Made by a program: the position numbers and the translations under genes. The notes beneath the pieces were generated by a model, which saw only the letters and a program-made list of their open reading frames with translations, did no database searches and was not told where the DNA came from. Below, piece by piece: positions 26,437 to 35,223 of a stretch of 38,714 nucleotides of DNA. The stretch's first letter is position 1. Each line of letters begins with the position of its first letter. Source of the stretch: Promethearchaeota archaeon (GTDB lineage Archaea > Asgardarchaeota > Lokiarchaeia > Sigyniarchaeales > SOKP01). Location of the stretch: the NCBI GenBank assembly GCA_019058365.1, contig JAHPZE010000035.1, positions 1 through 38,714 on the forward strand. Direction: 5' to 3'.

Positions 26437-28884
26437 TTATAATTCATTAAAAACTATTCTTGCTATAATATCGTCCTGAAGCTCTTTTGTTAAATCTATA
26501 AAACGCGCAGAGTAACCTGTCACTTTAACAGATAAGTCGGGATAATTTTCTGGATGGGCTTGTGCGTCTCTAAGGGTTTCTGAGCTAATTGGATTAATTT
26601 GAAGCTCTCGACCTCCTAAATCTAAATACGTTTCTACTATAGAAGTAAATTGATCGAGTCCTTCGTCAGTTTGTAGTATACTCGGATTAAGTCTAATATT
26701 AAATGATGCGCCATTTGTTAAATGAGGATCAGCTGTCGCATAAGCTACTGATTTGAGTGTCATGGTAAGACCATTCTTTTCAGTACCATTTGAAGGAGAG
26801 ATACCGTTCGCCACGGGTTCACCTTTTAATCTTCCATCTGCAGTTGCACCTAGTGATTTACCCTCTATAACCTGAGTTCCAGAAGACACAAGGCAATTAT
26901 GATATATACCATCACCGTCTCTCGCTTTATAGTTTCTTGTGATATCGCATAAGGTAGTTGCTACCCATCTTCCAAGTTCGTCCGTTCTTTCATCACCATT
27001 ACCATATTTGGGTGCTTTATTTCGTAATTTTTCCCTAAGTTCTTCAGCTCCCTTGAAATTATTATTCATATGGTTAACTAATTCTTCCATGGTTAGTAAT
27101 TTCTCTTCAAATACTGCCCAACGTATTGCTGCTAAGGAATCTACCACAGTACCAAGCCCTTGTGAGCCCATTGGGTTATTATTATATTTCGCTCCATTTC
27201 GAGTTGCATCCATTCCGCTTTCGAGACATCCTTCTATTGAAGAAGAAAGCAACGGAGAAGGTAAATACTTAGCAAATGTTTTATCTTTTATCTCAGCTTT
27301 TCTCACACAGAGATCTATTGCAAATTTAAGTTGGTCTACAAAAGCTTTTTTCACATCTTCAAAAGTTTTAAAAGTACTTACTGAGGGTGTTTTTGCTCCA
27401 ACGGATTCTTTTCCTGAAAGAATCGTACGCCCTTCATTTAACGCCATATTAAGAAGAATTGAAATCTGGACGGCATTACCTGCAGTATAAGAGAAGTCGT
27501 TCCCTGTACCATGTGGTTCTACACAACCGACGATTGAATAATCTCGGGCATCTTCTAACGAATATCCCGTATCGTGAAGTTGTGGCACTAAAATTTCATC
27601 ATTATGTATGCCCATTCCGGCTGTATATTTAAAAGCTTCAAGAGTTCTTTTCAAAAAATCACGTGGACTCTTGGAAGAAATTCTTATTGATAATGTATTC
27701 AATAAGCTTTTTACATTTGCAATAGCTTCGAGGAACATATAAGAAACATCATTCGTGGCATCATTTCCATCTTTATCTAGTCCCCCAATAGTTATGTTGT
27801 TCTGTCCAGCTATAACGACAGAAGAAAGTTTGACTAAATATTCCTCAATTGCTTCTACAGCTTCCTCATAACTAATTCGACCCTCTGCTAAATCGGCTTC
27901 GTAAAATGGGTAAAGGTATTGGTCTACTCGTCCTTGAGAAAATATGTTTCCTTCACCATAACTCATTTCCATAACGACATTGGTCATCCAGACTGATTGA
28001 AGTGCTTCCATAAAACTCCTGGGAGGATAAGCTGGCACTCTTCGAGTTCTTTCTGCTATATCTAAAAACTCTGCCTTTCTTGTTTCTGAAGCAGTTTCTG
28101 CCATTTCCATTGCGAGATCAGCGTATCGATTGGAATAATCACAGACGGCGTTTGCAGCTACTATGACTGATTCATAAAAGTCCTTGCGTTGGTCAAATTT
28201 TTCATCTGTTTCCTTAAGATTTGCAAGCCCCTCTTTCGCTATCTCTTCGATACCTCTAAATCCCATTTTGAGTACTCGTCTATAGCCTGGAACGACATGT
28301 CCTTGACCCATAGCACCTGCAAACATATCAGTACCGCTCCCAAAACTAACGAGGAGCATTGAGGGCAAAGCTCCCTTCGGTTCCTCATATAAGCCTGCCT
28401 CTTTATAGGCTTCTTCCTTTCGATCTGCTACTGTTCTTCCCTTCCAGAAGGGCAGAATCTCATTCCTCAACTCATCTTGTTCTTCTTCTGTTAAAGGAAC
28501 ATACCGGTTAATAAAAGATACTTTTGAAATAATCATATCTTTTACTTGTTTATTTATCGATTCGCTAACGACTAAACCTAAAAGTTTAGACCGCATTCCA
28601 CGTTCTATTTCAATTGGATCAGCTCTGATTTTACTAGATTTTACGCCTACAAGAAGCTCGTCTTCATCAATTCTGATTGGAAGACACCGTAAAAATTCCT
28701 CCAATGCTTTCACATTTTTCATGCAGGGCGGAGCATCTTCCATTTGTTTGTATATTCTTGTATAACACCGAGCTCGCTCAAGATCAAGTTCTCTTGGCAT
28801 AGAAAGCATTCTATCTCTAATCTTTCTAACTCGCTCTGAAGGTATTCCTTGAAGAGGAGTCATTCTCAAATCTTGAACTACCAT
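26437..28884 (-). CDS. Glycyl radical enzyme (PFL superfamily, eliminase-like, substrate unknown)
   Basis: ERARCYT, GRVDQYL, Cys loop SIVGCVEP, PKYGN, ATADGR and Gly loop VKVTGYSA near the C-terminus. Confidence 0.92.
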   Translation of the reverse strand: MVVQDLRMTPLQGIPSERVRKIRDRMLSMPRELDLERARCYTRIYKQMEDAPPCMKNVKALEEFLRCLPIRIDEDELLVGVKSSKIRADPIEIERGMRSKLLGLVVSESINKQVKDMIISKVSFINRYVPLTEEEQDELRNEILPFWKGRTVADRKEEAYKEAGLYEEPKGALPSMLLVSFGSGTDMFAGAMGQGHVVPGYRRVLKMGFRGIEEIAKEGLANLKETDEKFDQRKDFYESVIVAANAVCDYSNRYADLAMEMAETASETRKAEFLDIAERTRRVPAYPPRSFMEALQSVWMTNVVMEMSYGEGNIFSQGRVDQYLYPFYEADLAEGRISYEEAVEAIEEYLVKLSSVVIAGQNNITIGGLDKDGNDATNDVSYMFLEAIANVKSLLNTLSIRISSKSPRDFLKRTLEAFKYTAGMGIHNDEILVPQLHDTGYSLEDARDYSIVGCVEPHGTGNDFSYTAGNAVQISILLNMALNEGRTILSGKESVGAKTPSVSTFKTFEDVKKAFVDQLKFAIDLCVRKAEIKDKTFAKYLPSPLLSSSIEGCLESGMDATRNGAKYNNNPMGSQGLGTVVDSLAAIRWAVFEEKLLTMEELVNHMNNNFKGAEELREKLRNKAPKYGNGDERTDELGRWVATTLCDITRNYKARDGDGIYHNCLVSSGTQVIEGKSLGATADGRLKGEPVANGISPSNGTEKNGLTMTLKSVAYATADPHLTNGASFNIRLNPSILQTDEGLDQFTSIVETYLDLGGRELQINPISSETLRDAQAHPENYPDLSVKVTGYSARFIDLTKELQDDIIARIVFNEL

Positions 28885-28911
28885 AATTCAACAATTGTTT
28901 TAGTTATTAAT

Positions 28912-28932
28912 TAAATTTACGCAGTAAATTTA
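28912..28932. promoter_or_regulatory. Perfect operator-like palindrome TAAATTTAC-GCA-GTAAATTTA
   Basis: Perfect 9-3-9 inverted repeat 28 bp upstream of the GRE start, downstream of a minus-strand TTTAAATA box (about 28963-28956). Confidence 0.65.
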
Positions 28933-29045
28933 TTTATACCTATCGATAATAAAATATTTAAACTTTATCATAGATTGTTATTTTCAATTAAAAACTCTCT
29001 TATTATAATTAATACCAATCCTCTTTTAACAATTGATTTTTTTAA

Positions 29046-30356
29046 CTACTTAGAGGTTGGTGGATTATTACACCATATAAAGTGACCTTCGTCGATTTTA
29101 ATCATATGAGGAATTTTTAATTCACAATCTTTTGTACGAGCATCAGAAGTACAGCGTGGATTATAAGTACATCCAGGTGGTGGTGCTATAGGGCTTGGGA
29201 CTTCACCTTTGATAACAAATTTGATCTCTTGATTGTAAGGATCTATTTCAGAACGTGAGGCGAGGAGTGCCTTAGTATAGGGATGAGTTGGATTTGAAAA
29301 AATTTGTTCCTTACTTCCAACCTCTACAAATTTACCAAGATACATAACAGCTACGCGATCAGCAACATGGGAGACAACAGCTAAATTGTGGGTAATAAAC
29401 AAAAATCCATAGCCATATGTTTCTTGCAAATCTTTAAGCAGATTAAGAATTTGTGCTTGAACTGATACATCAAGGGCAGAGGTAGGTTCATCTAATATTA
29501 TCAACTCTGGATTGCAAGCTAATGCTCTAGCTATAATAATTCTTTGCTTTTGTCCACCTGAAAATTCGTGAGGATAACGATCCATATGTTCCCGCTTTAA
29601 TGACACTTGATTTAACAATTCTAAAACCCTTTTTCTTAACTCTAATTCATTAGTTATGCCAAGTAAATTTTTGAGAGGATCCGCTATAATATCAACAATT
29701 TTTTTACGAGGGTTCAAGGAAGCATCTGGATCTTGGAAAATCATTTGAATCTTTTGTCTTAAATAGCATGAATATTTGGGAGGAATTGTCATATCTTGGA
29801 AAAGTATTTCACCTTCTGTTTTATCTACTAAACCTAGTATTACTTTTGCAATAGTAGTTTTTCCACACCCACTTTCTCCCACTAATCCAAGGGTTTCTCC
29901 AAACTTTACATCAAATGAAACTCCATCAACTGCTTTAACAGCCCCTATTTTTCTTTTTAAAATTCCTCCTATAAGTGGATAATATACTTTAAGATTTTTA
30001 ACTTCAAGTAGATTCTTAATTCTTTCAAGATCGCTAATTTGACAAAATTTTTTGAGCCTAACTACTTTATATGTAATATACTTAATAGCAAGACTAGTAA
30101 TCACTGCTATTAAACAGTATGTAATAAAAAATAGCCAAAAGTTTCCCACTATAACTTCTGGTAGAGGAATAAAGCTAAAAAGAATACAAATAAGTGATGA
30201 AATTATATATAGAGGGAATTTTACTCTAATTAATTGGGATCGAGGATCCCAATTTATGATAAAAAATGAAATAACAAAAGTTAGACAAAACATAGATAAA
30301 AGGGATAAGACTAACGCTAATCCTAAAATGGTTGAAAAATCAATAAATTGAAACAT
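29046..30356 (-). CDS. oppF: Oligopeptide/dipeptide ABC ATPase (OppF/DppF) with N-terminal ~3-TM domain
   Basis: KAVDGVSF, GESGCGKT, FQDP, FSGGQKQ, IILDEP and C-terminal HPYT...CTYNPRC. The first ~95 aa are hydrophobic. SD GAGGAG precedes ATG 30356. Confidence 0.88.
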   Translation of the reverse strand: MFQFIDFSTILGLALVLSLLSMFCLTFVISFFIINWDPRSQLIRVKFPLYIISSLICILFSFIPLPEVIVGNFWLFFITYCLIAVITSLAIKYITYKVVRLKKFCQISDLERIKNLLEVKNLKVYYPLIGGILKRKIGAVKAVDGVSFDVKFGETLGLVGESGCGKTTIAKVILGLVDKTEGEILFQDMTIPPKYSCYLRQKIQMIFQDPDASLNPRKKIVDIIADPLKNLLGITNELELRKRVLELLNQVSLKREHMDRYPHEFSGGQKQRIIIARALACNPELIILDEPTSALDVSVQAQILNLLKDLQETYGYGFLFITHNLAVVSHVADRVAVMYLGKFVEVGSKEQIFSNPTHPYTKALLASRSEIDPYNQEIKFVIKGEVPSPIAPPPGCTYNPRCTSDARTKDCELKIPHMIKIDEGHFIWCNNPPTSK

Positions 30357-30455
30357 TATAACATCTCCTCTATTTTATATTTATATTCACTAATTTTTAT
30401 TAAGAATGCCAAGATAATGACATATCCTCAATTTTCGTTTACTTAAATAATTTAA

Positions 30456-32333
30456 TTAAATTTCTCCTTCTACTTTCTTTATAATAATTTCTGCTAAATG
30501 TTTATATTCTGGATTGTATAGATGACATGCTACAAAATAATCCTTATCAACCTCATTTTGTGTTGGAACTATTGAATTACAAGGCTCGAAACAATATTCG
30601 CATCTAGGATGAAATCTACATCCTGAAGGAGGATAAATTAGATTTGGAACCATTCCTGATATAACTTCAAGCCGTTTTTGACTTTTTCCAATAACAGGAA
30701 CAGAAGCTATAAGTCCTCTGGTATATGGATGATATGGGCTAATTAATAATTTCTTTATATCTCCATATTCAACAATAGATCCACTGTACATTACAGCAAC
30801 ACGATCACACATTTTGGAGATGAGACCTAAATCGTGAGTGATATATAATATACTAGTATTGTATTTCTTACGAAGTTCTTTCATAAGTTTAAGAATTTGA
30901 TTTTGTATCGTAACATCTAACGCAGTAGTTGGTTCATCAGCAATTAGTAATTTTGGTCTACATGCCAAAGCCATCGCAATTTGAACTCTTTGTCGCATAC
31001 CACCACTTAGTTCATGAGGATATCTATCAAAAATTACTTCAGGAAAGGGTATATTTAAATCTTTCAAAAGGCCTATACTCCATTCTTGAGCAATGCTATA
31101 TATACCTTTATCAGGAAATTTAGAAGTCTCGACAAGTAGTTCATTTTCCATATGCAGTAAAAATACTTCAGATATTTGCTTACCTACTTTAAAAACTGGG
31201 TTAAGCGAACTAAGTGGATCTTGAAATATCATAGTGATATCTTTTCCACGATATTTTAGTATTTCAAATTCAGATTTTAAAGCTAGATCTTCTCCACTGA
31301 AAACAATTTTTCCTTTTTCTCTTTTTCCTGGAGGACGAATTAGTTGAACAATAGATAATGCGGTAACAGATTTACCACAACCGGTTTCGCCTACAAGACC
31401 AAGAACTTCACCTTCGTAAACTTTAAAAGAAATATCTTCTACTGCACGAACAATACCCTCTTCCGTATAAAAATATGTAGTGAGATCTTTCACATCAAGG
31501 ATAATGTGATTGCTGCTTAATTTAGAGTCTTTAAAAGATTGATCTTTCACTATTTCTAATGCTTTTTGAACTTTTAACTTACTTCTTGCTTTTTCAACTG
31601 GCATAAATTTCTTTTTCAACGATATATAATATATTAAACCATAAAGACCACTAACTACACCAAATAATATACGAATGTCTTGAGTATATATTTTTACTCC
31701 AAATAATCTATTCAAATATAATTCAAAGATTATTAATTGTATTGACCAAATTCCAAATGAGATAAGTCCACCAGTAAAGATGGAATACTTTAAAGGTATT
31801 TTAGGAATTCGTTTCTCAATTGGACGAATTTTATTAATTAAAATTGTAATAAGAATATCAATCCCCACTGTAAAACCTGCCCATATAAATCCAAGGTAAA
31901 AAATGTCAATTAATACTGGTTCTTCTCCTTGAAGTCTTTCAAGTCCTAAGAGAGGAATCGAAATAAATATTATCGCAATTATCCAAGTTATTGCAATAAA
32001 AATTTTAAATATTTTAATAAATTGCCCATCCTTTTCTACTAATTTCCTATATAGAAAATAAAAGATTGTAGTTATAATTGCGAATGATACAGCATTATTA
32101 TTGAAAGCTAAAAATATAGAATTGAAAAACCATAAAGTTTCAAAAAGAGATTTAACGCCAAAGATAATTCCTAATAAAATAATACATATTATTCCTGACT
32201 TTCTCCTAAATAATTTCTTTGAGACCTGCTGATCCTCAGGAATTTGATTATTGATAATATTTGAAATTAAATATAAGACAAACACAATAATAATTGAGTC
32301 AACTAATGCTTTTCCGTAATTTAATCCAAACAC
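30456..32333 (-). CDS. oppD: Oligopeptide/dipeptide ABC ATPase (OppD/DppD) with N-terminal ~7-TM domain
   Basis: GETGCGKS, FQDP, LSGGMRQ, LIADEPT and HPYT...CRFHPRC. The first ~240 aa are multi-pass hydrophobic. GTG start. Confidence 0.88.
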   Translation of the reverse strand: MFGLNYGKALVDSIIIVFVLYLISNIINNQIPEDQQVSKKLFRRKSGIICIILLGIIFGVKSLFETLWFFNSIFLAFNNNAVSFAIITTIFYFLYRKLVEKDGQFIKIFKIFIAITWIIAIIFISIPLLGLERLQGEEPVLIDIFYLGFIWAGFTVGIDILITILINKIRPIEKRIPKIPLKYSIFTGGLISFGIWSIQLIIFELYLNRLFGVKIYTQDIRILFGVVSGLYGLIYYISLKKKFMPVEKARSKLKVQKALEIVKDQSFKDSKLSSNHIILDVKDLTTYFYTEEGIVRAVEDISFKVYEGEVLGLVGETGCGKSVTALSIVQLIRPPGKREKGKIVFSGEDLALKSEFEILKYRGKDITMIFQDPLSSLNPVFKVGKQISEVFLLHMENELLVETSKFPDKGIYSIAQEWSIGLLKDLNIPFPEVIFDRYPHELSGGMRQRVQIAMALACRPKLLIADEPTTALDVTIQNQILKLMKELRKKYNTSILYITHDLGLISKMCDRVAVMYSGSIVEYGDIKKLLISPYHPYTRGLIASVPVIGKSQKRLEVISGMVPNLIYPPSGCRFHPRCEYCFEPCNSIVPTQNEVDKDYFVACHLYNPEYKHLAEIIIKKVEGEI

Positions 32334-32373
32334 GGTTTGATATATTGTATTTAAAACTTTTTATCCCTCATAT

Positions 32374-33390
32374 TTATAATTTTAATCGTGGATCTAATGC
32401 ATCTCGAAATCCATCTCCAAGGAGTATATATCCTATGGCAGCAATTCCAATAAATATTCCTGGCCAAACAGCAGCACTGATATTACTATATCTACCTCGG
32501 GCCCATAAAATATCGAGCCCCCAACTGGCTACAGTATTGTCTGAAAATCCTACAAATGCAAGACCTGCTAAACCTATTATTGCTATAGCAGCTCCTCCAA
32601 AAAAAGATACTAACATAGGGGATATTGCATTTGGTAATATATGTTTAAACATAACAATAAACTTCCGCGCACCACCTACTTTCGCTGCTTGAATGTATTC
32701 AAGTTGTTTTACTTGGAATACAAGTGATCGCATGAACCTAATATTATATGGTATAAAAAGAACTCCGTAAATAATAAGAGTGGTTAATAAATCTGTACCA
32801 AGCATAGGAGTAACTATAACAATAAGTATCAATGTTGGAAAAGCATAGAATAAGTCTACAATGCGCATCATGATATAGTCAATAACTCCACCAAAATAAG
32901 CAGAAAAAATGCCTAAAACAAGACCCCCACCAATGGATATTGTTACGGGGATTAATGACGATAAAATTGTAGTTCTAGCCCCCCAAATAATTCTAGCTAA
33001 AACATCATATCCATTATATGTTGTCCCAAACGGATGGCTAGCTGATGGAGGAGCAAAAACCTTTGGATTAGGCGGAACATGTGGTATCACTAAGTCTTGT
33101 AATGGATAGATAGTAAACCAAGGTGCAAATATAGCTAATATAGAAATAAATAAAATCATTAGTAGACCTGTTATTGTTAGAGGTTTAACAAGGTGTCGAA
33201 ACAATCTCCTTTTAGATTTGATTTTTTCAATCTCAAATTCTTGCGCTGAAAATTCAGGGTCTCGCCAACCAGGAATTAAATAAAACTTTAAGAAGCGAAG
33301 AAATTTCATTTTTCTTAATGATTTCGATGAACTCTGCTCTTCTACATTTTCTTTTTTTAAAACTTTTTCTATAATTTCCATCAACCTCAT
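32374..33390 (-). CDS. oppC: Oligopeptide/dipeptide ABC permease (OppC/DppC)
   Basis: PPSASHPFGT..GYDVLARIIWGAR and the EAA loop EYIQAAKVGGA..KHILPN; ends GDGFRDALDPR. Confidence 0.92.
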   Translation of the reverse strand: MRLMEIIEKVLKKENVEEQSSSKSLRKMKFLRFLKFYLIPGWRDPEFSAQEFEIEKIKSKRRLFRHLVKPLTITGLLMILFISILAIFAPWFTIYPLQDLVIPHVPPNPKVFAPPSASHPFGTTYNGYDVLARIIWGARTTILSSLIPVTISIGGGLVLGIFSAYFGGVIDYIMMRIVDLFYAFPTLILIVIVTPMLGTDLLTTLIIYGVLFIPYNIRFMRSLVFQVKQLEYIQAAKVGGARKFIVMFKHILPNAISPMLVSFFGGAAIAIIGLAGLAFVGFSDNTVASWGLDILWARGRYSNISAAVWPGIFIGIAAIGYILLGDGFRDALDPRLKL

Positions 33391-33393
33391 CTC

Positions 33394-34458
33394 TCAAAAA
33401 ATAATTCGTGGGTCTATAATCGTATAAAGTATATCTGCTACTAAAGTTCCTGAGAGGATTATTATGGTAGCAAATACTAGGAGCCCAAGAGTAACTAGGT
33501 AATCTCCTGTTAATATAGAAATAACCATGTAATAACCAAAACCTTTATAATTAAACACTATTTCAACAAAAAAAGAGCCTAATAATGCTGTTGCGGTACC
33601 CCCAACGATTAGATTACTGACAGGCAATAATGCGTTGCGAATAGCGTGTTTATTTATAACATCTTTTTCTAATACGCCTTTAGCTCGAGCAGTTCTAATA
33701 TAATCTTGATTTAAAACGTCCAACATGCTGGATCGCGTTTGTCTTGTCATACTTGCTAATGAAACAAAAGTAAGACAAATAGCAGGTATAATTAGGTGTA
33801 CAATTGTGTCCCACAAATAAATTTGATTATTAGCTATTATGCTATCGATTATTCGAAATCCTGTTATAGATCTGGGTGCTGTTAATCCAGGTGAATTTGC
33901 GAAAAAAGCGGGTATATCGAAGCCTTGATATGTAAAATTACTCAAATAATAACCAAAAAAGCGTTGGAGCATGTCAGCAATCCAAAAGACAGGGAATCCT
34001 GCCCCTAAGATTGCAACAATTCTAACTCCTACATCTTTTATTTTATCCCTATGTTTTGCAGAAGCTATTCCAAGTTTTACTGCGATAATAGGACTTAATA
34101 TTATTGGGATTATCATTAATTCTATTGTTCTTGGAAATATTTCCGAAATTAAATCAATTACAGGTTTATCCCGTATGATTATATAAGAACTACCCCAATT
34201 TCCGGTAAAAAAATTCTTAAAATATATGGCAAGTTGAATATACCAAGGATCATGGTATCCAATTCTCCGTAATTCTGCTTCAATAATATCAGGATCGAGT
34301 GTATTACCCAATCTACCGGCAACAGGGTTAACTAAATTTTGTCGGACCATTAAATACGATAAGAGCCAAGAAATAGTTAGAACAAGCAACAACATCGGAA
34401 TCATCATTAATATCCGCTTGATGATATATTTTATCATATTTTTTGGTTGTTCAGCCAT
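33394..34458 (-). CDS. oppB: Oligopeptide/dipeptide ABC permease (OppB/DppB)
   Basis: YIIKRIL, GNWGSS, RSSMLDVLNQDYIRTARAKG, HAIRNAL and DILYTIIDPR. Confidence 0.92.
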   Translation of the reverse strand: MAEQPKNMIKYIIKRILMMIPMLLLVLTISWLLSYLMVRQNLVNPVAGRLGNTLDPDIIEAELRRIGYHDPWYIQLAIYFKNFFTGNWGSSYIIIRDKPVIDLISEIFPRTIELMIIPIILSPIIAVKLGIASAKHRDKIKDVGVRIVAILGAGFPVFWIADMLQRFFGYYLSNFTYQGFDIPAFFANSPGLTAPRSITGFRIIDSIIANNQIYLWDTIVHLIIPAICLTFVSLASMTRQTRSSMLDVLNQDYIRTARAKGVLEKDVINKHAIRNALLPVSNLIVGGTATALLGSFFVEIVFNYKGFGYYMVISILTGDYLVTLGLLVFATIIILSGTLVADILYTIIDPRIIF

Positions 34459-34499
34459 TTTCTTCCCTTTTTTCAAAGAATAGTGTCTTTATAATTCTC

Positions 34500-35036
34500 T
34501 TATTCTATATTTCTTTTTGATTTAATTAATTGTTTGACTTTCATACCACTTATAGCACCAGATAGTGTGGTTGCAATTAAGATAGAAATATGTAAATAAC
34601 CCTTCCAATTTCCAAATTGTAATATAATTGGCTCTATGCTAAAACCATACATGATTGCATATAAAATAAAAGCTTCAATAATTATAAAAGGAACAAGCCA
34701 GATTGACGCTTTTATTCCATAGTGAAAAATTGATTCCTTATACGTTAATAAAAAACAAGTAACAAATACTAATATTAAAGGCAAGAAGAATGTATCTACA
34801 TATACTTCAAATGTCCAAAATAACACCGTTCTTTCCATTTCAGTAAAACTTATCCAAGTTTGTTCAGTAAAAGAGATCCACTCATCAATCATAACGATAT
34901 TAGCAACAAGGCCATAATATCCTAGTAATACAATCGTGTATGCAATAAAAACACTACCTTGGCGCCCAAGATCGATCTTTATATTGCCTTTCTTGTTATT
35001 GTCACTTCTGTTTTGATTTTCCTCGTCTTGCAACAT
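34500..35036 (-). CDS. Hypothetical integral membrane protein (~4 TM), first gene of the opp operon
   Basis: Four hydrophobic segments; co-oriented with oppB and 41 bp upstream of its ATG. Confidence 0.75.
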   Translation of the reverse strand: MLQDEENQNRSDNNKKGNIKIDLGRQGSVFIAYTIVLLGYYGLVANIVMIDEWISFTEQTWISFTEMERTVLFWTFEVYVDTFFLPLILVFVTCFLLTYKESIFHYGIKASIWLVPFIIIEAFILYAIMYGFSIEPIILQFGNWKGYLHISILIATTLSGAISGMKVKQLIKSKRNIE

Positions 35037-35135
35037 TATCTTAAATCGGAGTTTATAACCTTAAATTTAACTCTAAAGTCGATATTTGTTATAAGTTTCA
35101 TAAATGTTTAAATTTATAATTACACAAGCTTTAAA

Positions 35136-35156
35136 TAAATTTACATCGTAAATTAA
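35136..35156. promoter_or_regulatory. Candidate operator palindrome TAAATTTAC-ATC-GTAAATTAA
   Basis: 1 mismatch to the perfect GRE site; lies in the divergent opp operon/oppA promoter. Confidence 0.6.
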
Positions 35157-35223
35157 TTTGATACGAAAATTTTACCAAAAAAATCAAAAATTAATTTAAA
35201 GAAAAATAAGGCGAATAGTTAGA

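Noticed and set aside
26437-28884. Annotation as pyruvate formate-lyase or choline TMA-lyase
   Set aside because: No Cys-Cys pair for PFL, and His rather than the CutC-type Asp at the GH position.
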